64,000 nt of DNA, from IMG/VR virus record IMGVR_UViG_3300021387_001083, positions 20,634 to 84,633 of that record. One strand, written 5' to 3'. The notes under the pieces are model-generated. The model searched no databases. It was not told the origin of the DNA and saw only the letters and a list, made by a program, of their open reading frames with translations. Source of the DNA: a virus. Its lineage: Duplodnaviria > Caudoviricetes. Made by a program: the position numbers and the translations under genes. This document shows, in pieces, positions 60,220-64,000 of this stretch (its first letter is position 1; the number at the start of each line of letters is the position of its first letter).

Positions 60220-60494
60220 AAATCACAGATACCACAGACGTAGTTGTCTAACTCAACAAGCGTTGCATCATTGGCTATTTTCTCGTGGATTTCCCAAGCG
60301 AGTTCTTTCTTCGCATCAACTTTAATTTCGTCTTTGATGTCCTCAAACTGCTTGTCTTTCCACTTTGCAATATATAGTAACCATTTTTTAACATTATCCT
60401 TAGTTGCATATCCTTCTGAACGGAACTTTTTGCAATATCTATTTATTTTCTCTTCATTTGTCATATTGTCAAATTTTAATCGGTTCATCCTCAA
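60216..60494 (-). CDS. Hypothetical protein
   Basis: 92-aa ORF. Confidence 0.5.
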   Translation of the reverse strand: MRMNRLKFDNMTNEEKINRYCKKFRSEGYATKDNVKKWLLYIAKWKDKQFEDIKDEIKVDAKKELAWEIHEKIANDATLVELDNYVCGICDF

Positions 60495-60541
60495 ATGCTA
60501 TCTTTTGTCCAGTTGAAGCTAAATTTGTACTATCAAATTAG

Positions 60542-60612
60542 TTGTGGATAGTAGAGTCGAACTACTATTACCTCATCCAAAGTGAGGTGCATTGCCGTTA
60601 TGCTAATCCACA
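60542..60612 (-). tRNA. tRNA-Gln (anticodon TTG), CCA not encoded
   Basis: TGTGGAT/ATCCACA acceptor, GCAT/ATGC D-stem, CCTCA-CTTTGGA-TGAGG anticodon arm, AGTAG-TTCGACT-CTACT T-arm. Confidence 0.9.
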
Positions 60613-60651
60613 AGCATGTTTAGTGTTACCATTACACCATAGGACAATCAT

Positions 60652-61086
60652 TTAAGCAGGATTTGAAGTTCCTAATAAATGTTCATTACCTTCAAACGGA
60701 ATACATTGTTTCCAAGCACCTGTCATAGCTTGATATTTATAATTAGAAATACTAATATAAGCAAAGAAATCTACTTGCCAAACATTATTATCACAATCTC
60801 TTACAAGTACTTTATCAAAAGGTCTAAAATCATATTCTTTTTTAGGTTCTTCAAATGTAGACCAATCTCTATTTTCTTTAGATGGAAATAATACACATTC
60901 GCCATTAAAATTAGCATTTAGTCTTCCATCTGGAGCAAAAGACACAGTATAATCATTATCATTACCAGGTTTTACAACTATAGAATATGGAGCATCTATA
61001 ACATGTAAAAGATAAACATCTCCATATACAGGAGAATAAAGTTTAGTTCCTTTTGGACAATCTTTTAAAATTTTTGCTATATTCAT
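60652..61086 (-). CDS. Hypothetical protein
   Basis: MNIAKILKDCPKGTKLYSP..LFPSKENRDWSTF..PFDKVLVRD..CIPFEGNEHLLGT. Confidence 0.65.
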   Translation of the reverse strand: MNIAKILKDCPKGTKLYSPVYGDVYLLHVIDAPYSIVVKPGNDNDYTVSFAPDGRLNANFNGECVLFPSKENRDWSTFEEPKKEYDFRPFDKVLVRDCDNNVWQVDFFAYISISNYKYQAMTGAWKQCIPFEGNEHLLGTSNPA

Positions 61087-61098
61087 AATAAATTATTT

Positions 61099-61581
61099 TT
61101 AATAATCAGTACAAAGTGCAAGTTTTATTGTTTCTTCACCAAGAATTTCTATTGCTTGTTCAGCCAATTCTTTAGATATAAAATAAACGTCTACATAGTT
61201 TTTTGTTGAAACAAAATCAATTCCTATTTTATCATTATTAATGCTAATACAATATTTAGCATCTGCTTTATTCCAATCAGGTTGCCAACCATCATTAAGA
61301 TATTTAGCAACATTCATTAGCATATTAATAGCAAGAAGTTTTTCTAATTGTTTTTCAGAATTAGCATTATTTTTACAAGAATAATTAAACTTTCTATTAA
61401 CGATAGTAGTAATATATCCACCCATATCAATATAAAAATGCATTTCACCACCATCAAGAAATAACTTTCTTGCTACATCATCATAAGTAAGTTTCTTTTC
61501 TTTTTCAACAAGAATAATCTTACCATCTTTAATTTCTTTTATTTCCAGAGTATCTGGAATTTGAATAATTTGTTCTTTCAT
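61099..61581 (-). CDS. Hypothetical protein (paralog of 54714-55211)
   Basis: LLAINMLMNVAKYLNDGWQPDW..YFISKELAEQAI. Confidence 0.65.
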   Translation of the reverse strand: MKEQIIQIPDTLEIKEIKDGKIILVEKEKKLTYDDVARKLFLDGGEMHFYIDMGGYITTIVNRKFNYSCKNNANSEKQLEKLLAINMLMNVAKYLNDGWQPDWNKADAKYCISINNDKIGIDFVSTKNYVDVYFISKELAEQAIEILGEETIKLALCTDY

Positions 61582-61587
61582 AATTAT

Positions 61588-61968
61588 TTAAATTAGATTG
61601 GTTAAACAATATTTAATTGCTGCCTCAATTGCATCTTCATAAGTATTATATTTAGGTTGTTTAGTTCCCCACATAATTTTATAATTTTTATTACAATATA
61701 CATTAAATGTCCATAAAACATAAGAATCTTCGTCTAGAGGAACCATATCAAGTATTATATTCTTACTATGTGCTTCTCTTAACCATTTGAGAGCCATTTG
61801 ATGAGTAGGAGCTTGATAGCATATTTCCTTATCTATCCCAGACATGCTTCTCCTATTATTACAAAAATTGCCATTCCATTTATAGCAAGTGTTGCATTCA
61901 ATTTCATCAAATCCTTTTTCTTTAAGGAGTTTTGCAACTTCAAATGAAACATAATCTTCTGTAATCAT
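61588..61968 (-). CDS. Hypothetical protein
   Basis: EDYVSFEVAKLLKEKGF..APTHQMALKWLRE..TYEDAIEAAIKYCL. Confidence 0.65.
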   Translation of the reverse strand: MITEDYVSFEVAKLLKEKGFDEIECNTCYKWNGNFCNNRRSMSGIDKEICYQAPTHQMALKWLREAHSKNIILDMVPLDEDSYVLWTFNVYCNKNYKIMWGTKQPKYNTYEDAIEAAIKYCLTNLI

Positions 61969-61988
61969 AATTATTTAATTTAATTTAG

Positions 61989-62072
61989 TACTCCGAGTGG
62001 GACTTGAACCCACACGCCCTTGCGGGCAAGGGATTTTAAGTCCCTCGTGTCTACCAATTCCACCATCAGAGC
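61989..62072 (-). tRNA. tRNA-Leu (anticodon TAA), CCA not encoded
   Basis: GCTCTGA/TCGGAGT acceptor, GTGGAATTGGTAGACAC D-arm, AGGGA-CTTAAAA-TCCCT anticodon arm, long variable arm GCCCGCAAGGGC, GTGGGTTCAAGTCCCAC T-arm. Confidence 0.95.
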
Positions 62073-62104
62073 ATCAAGCTTCCTATTTTTAGGAAGCTGT
62101 TGTT

Positions 62105-62404
62105 TTATTTATTTACAGAAACCTGCTCATTAAGATAGTTGTTAATTTCTTCAATGTTTTTGAGACCTTCGTTAATCTCATGCTGTCTGTTGATACAATG
62201 CTGTAATTCAGTAATAACTTCATTGATATTAACATCAGCATTAGTAAGCTTTTCAACAGTGGCAGTCATTTGGTCTTCAATAGCAAGAAGCTCAGTTTCT
62301 GCGTTAAGTTTAGCATTATTGAGAGCACTCTCAACACGTTTAACTTTGTTGTTAAGTTTAACTTCTTCAAGTTTACCTTGTAAAATAGCAACGATTCTTT
62401 TCAT
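62105..62404 (-). CDS. Coiled-coil hypothetical protein
   Basis: 99 aa with heptad-like L/I/V periodicity. Confidence 0.6.
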   Translation of the reverse strand: MKRIVAILQGKLEEVKLNNKVKRVESALNNAKLNAETELLAIEDQMTATVEKLTNADVNINEVITELQHCINRQHEINEGLKNIEEINNYLNEQVSVNK

Positions 62405-62425
62405 TTTTGTTTAAATTTTTAATTA

Positions 62426-62656
62426 TTAATAATTAAAATTTAATTGATAATGTTTCTTTTTAGGAAACAGGTTTAATTCTGTTTCGGTTTGTTTTTCTTC
62501 TTTTGTACCGCTTGGAGTGCCTGTAGGCATGTTATTGATTCCTAATATAGAGTCATAAAAAGAAGATGATGAGTGTATTAGTTGAAGAGCAGTCAAGTCA
62601 TTTATACCTAAATCAACACTTAATTTGAAAGGGCTTTTTATATTAACATGATACAT
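62426..62656 (-). CDS. Possible small hypothetical protein
   Basis: 76-aa ORF, start uncertain. Confidence 0.35.
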   Translation of the reverse strand: MYHVNIKSPFKLSVDLGINDLTALQLIHSSSSFYDSILGINNMPTGTPSGTKEEKQTETELNLFPKKKHYQLNFNY

Positions 62657-62675
62657 AAAACATTAATGTTAAAAC

Positions 62676-62748
62676 AACAAGACAAAGATCCACTGAGCGA
62701 TGCCCCCAACTTACTCTTATACCTCTACCGAGGCAGCTTTATCTTGTT
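62676..62748 (-). ncRNA. Candidate structured intergenic RNA
   Basis: 12-bp closing stem AACAAGATAAAG/CTTTGTCTTGTT enclosing a GC-rich core with hairpin TGCCTC-GGTA-GAGGTA. Confidence 0.35.
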
Positions 62749-62758
62749 ATTGTATTAA

Positions 62759-63070
62759 TTACGCGCTTACTTGACAACCGTGAAGATTGCCATTTTCGGC
62801 TTCATTCCAGATACGTTCCATAGTACCAACAAAACCGTCAGGACATTGGTATTTGGGTTTGACTACGGTACAGTTTTCTTCTTTCCATTTATTGTATTTT
62901 TCTTCGACTTCTTCTGCAGGACCTTTGATATCAATCATTTGATTGCCTTTACGGTCCCACACACGCCGTGAAACAATACCCTTCTTCTTGTTTAGGAAAA
63001 TATCTTTGTATTTACCTACAAATTCAGAATTCTTTTTTTCCAGTTTGATAAGATTTGTTAATTTTGCCAT
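62759..63070 (-). CDS. Hypothetical protein
   Basis: 103-aa ORF. Confidence 0.55.
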   Translation of the reverse strand: MAKLTNLIKLEKKNSEFVGKYKDIFLNKKKGIVSRRVWDRKGNQMIDIKGPAEEVEEKYNKWKEENCTVVKPKYQCPDGFVGTMERIWNEAENGNLHGCQVSA

Positions 63071-63248
63071 GACTTTTTATTTTTTGATTGTTAACTTTCT
63101 TCTGTGCATTCAATCCAAGCTTGGATGTTCTCTATCTGTTTCTCGTATTTTGATTTCATAGAAGGATTATCCTTTATCTGTTGATAGAGTTCTTCTTTTC
63201 TCTGGAGAAACAAATTGATATATCTTGCTTTGTCTTCTTCTGTAAGCA

Positions 63249-63680
63249 TCAGTCAAATTCTTTCTTTGCCAACATAAAATAACTTCCGTTAGTGACAATA
63301 CACCACTGATAAGACATTTCCAATAATTCATCATAAGGTAAATCATTGTCAATCCAAGCTTTATAGTCTTCATTGAATTCGTCAACCAATGTACTGTCCA
63401 TATAGATGTAAATTGCCGCAGTATCTGTTACAGAATGGACAATGCTGTCCATCTGTTCCCAATCAAACTGGTCCGAATTGAAGTATTCTATGTAGTTGTT
63501 TTGAGACTTATGACCAAAATAAACATAAGATATTGCATCAAAGTCTATGTCAATGGCATAAACACCAGGATAGTCTTCAACGTTTTTGGCCTTGTCAAGA
63601 TAAGTTTGAAGAGGACTTTTTGCACATGATGTACAAACCAAACCAAAACTGAGAATTATAAACAAAATTATCTTTTTCAT
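63249..63680 (-). CDS. Putative lipoprotein
   Basis: MKK plus hydrophobic core plus lipobox-like VCTS|C at residue 19. Confidence 0.6.
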   Translation of the reverse strand: MKKIILFIILSFGLVCTSCAKSPLQTYLDKAKNVEDYPGVYAIDIDFDAISYVYFGHKSQNNYIEYFNSDQFDWEQMDSIVHSVTDTAAIYIYMDSTLVDEFNEDYKAWIDNDLPYDELLEMSYQWCIVTNGSYFMLAKKEFD

Positions 63681-63681
63681 A

Positions 63682-63960
63682 TTAATAAAGTTTTATGTAT
63701 TTTTTAAATTCTTTTAATGCAGCTCTTCTGTCCTGGAACATTATTATCTTTTCGATATGGGCTGGATTGCATCTCTGGGCTATAATAATACCCCATTCAA
63801 ATCCGTTTCTTCCAAAAAGAGTTATCTCTTGAAAACGGTTACACATGGTTAGCCGTAAAGTGTTTTTGCAATTGAGTCTGTGATAAACACGACCGGATTT
63901 TTTGACTTTTGTTGTGTCGTTTTTAAGACGTTTTGTCTCTTTTTTCAGATTGTTTTTCAT
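63682..63960 (-). CDS. Basic hypothetical protein
   Basis: 92-aa Lys/Arg-rich ORF with A-rich start context. Confidence 0.5.
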   Translation of the reverse strand: MKNNLKKETKRLKNDTTKVKKSGRVYHRLNCKNTLRLTMCNRFQEITLFGRNGFEWGIIIAQRCNPAHIEKIIMFQDRRAALKEFKKYIKLY

Positions 63961-64000
63961 GATTATATAATTTTTATAATTAGTTTTTCGTTGAAATTGA

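Noticed and set aside
185-63629. Numerous 60-195 aa ORFs antisense to or out of frame within the main genes (e.g. 33180-33767 +, 2075-2416 -)
   Set aside because: They are shadow ORFs fully overlapping well-supported genes, with no motifs or start context.
1-64000. Stop-codon reassignment (TAG=Gln or TGA=Trp), known in some crAss-like phages
   Set aside because: All large genes are uninterrupted in the standard code. TAG ends ORF 54714-55211 at a natural-looking point, TGA stops occur in ATGA overlaps, and tRNA-Gln has anticodon TTG, not a suppressor.
1-64000. CRISPR array, integrase/att site, transposase or diversity-generating retroelement
   Set aside because: No regularly spaced direct repeats, recombinase or transposase motifs, or reverse transcriptase were seen. 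A computational repeat scan was not possible.

Overview
This window is about 64 kb of a crAss-like (Crassvirales-type) bacteriophage genome in the standard genetic code, most likely infecting a Bacteroidota host (TAnnTTTG promoter elements, A-rich non-Shine-Dalgarno start contexts). The + strand (1-16250) carries the end of the virion module: a 5'-truncated tail stabilisation/muzzle-like protein, two cargo-type proteins and a 2909-aa polyvalent protein. Everything from 16337 to the end is on the - strand. It comprises a 1402-aa protein and the 2947-aa virion RNA polymerase (DFDID motif), followed by HicA-like, RNA ligase and phosphoesterase genes. Next come PolB, a retropepsin, class II RNR, nucleases, an amidoligase/glutaminase/ATP-grasp cluster, primase, SSB-like protein, ATPase, DnaB and ThyX. 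A variable region of small mosaic ORFs closes the window, with tRNA-Gln(TTG), tRNA-Leu(TAA) and two tRNA-like relics. The most notable items are (i) a seven-gene amide/peptide-bond-forming cluster with a duplicated unknown domain inside the replication module, (ii) NADAR plus permuted SLOG-like domains fused to the RNAP C-terminus, facing an ADP-ribosyltransferase-like module with a nested P-loop domain in the giant protein, and (iii) an ORF-free island with tRNA-like RNAs. All family assignments come from motif recognition by eye; no searches were run.
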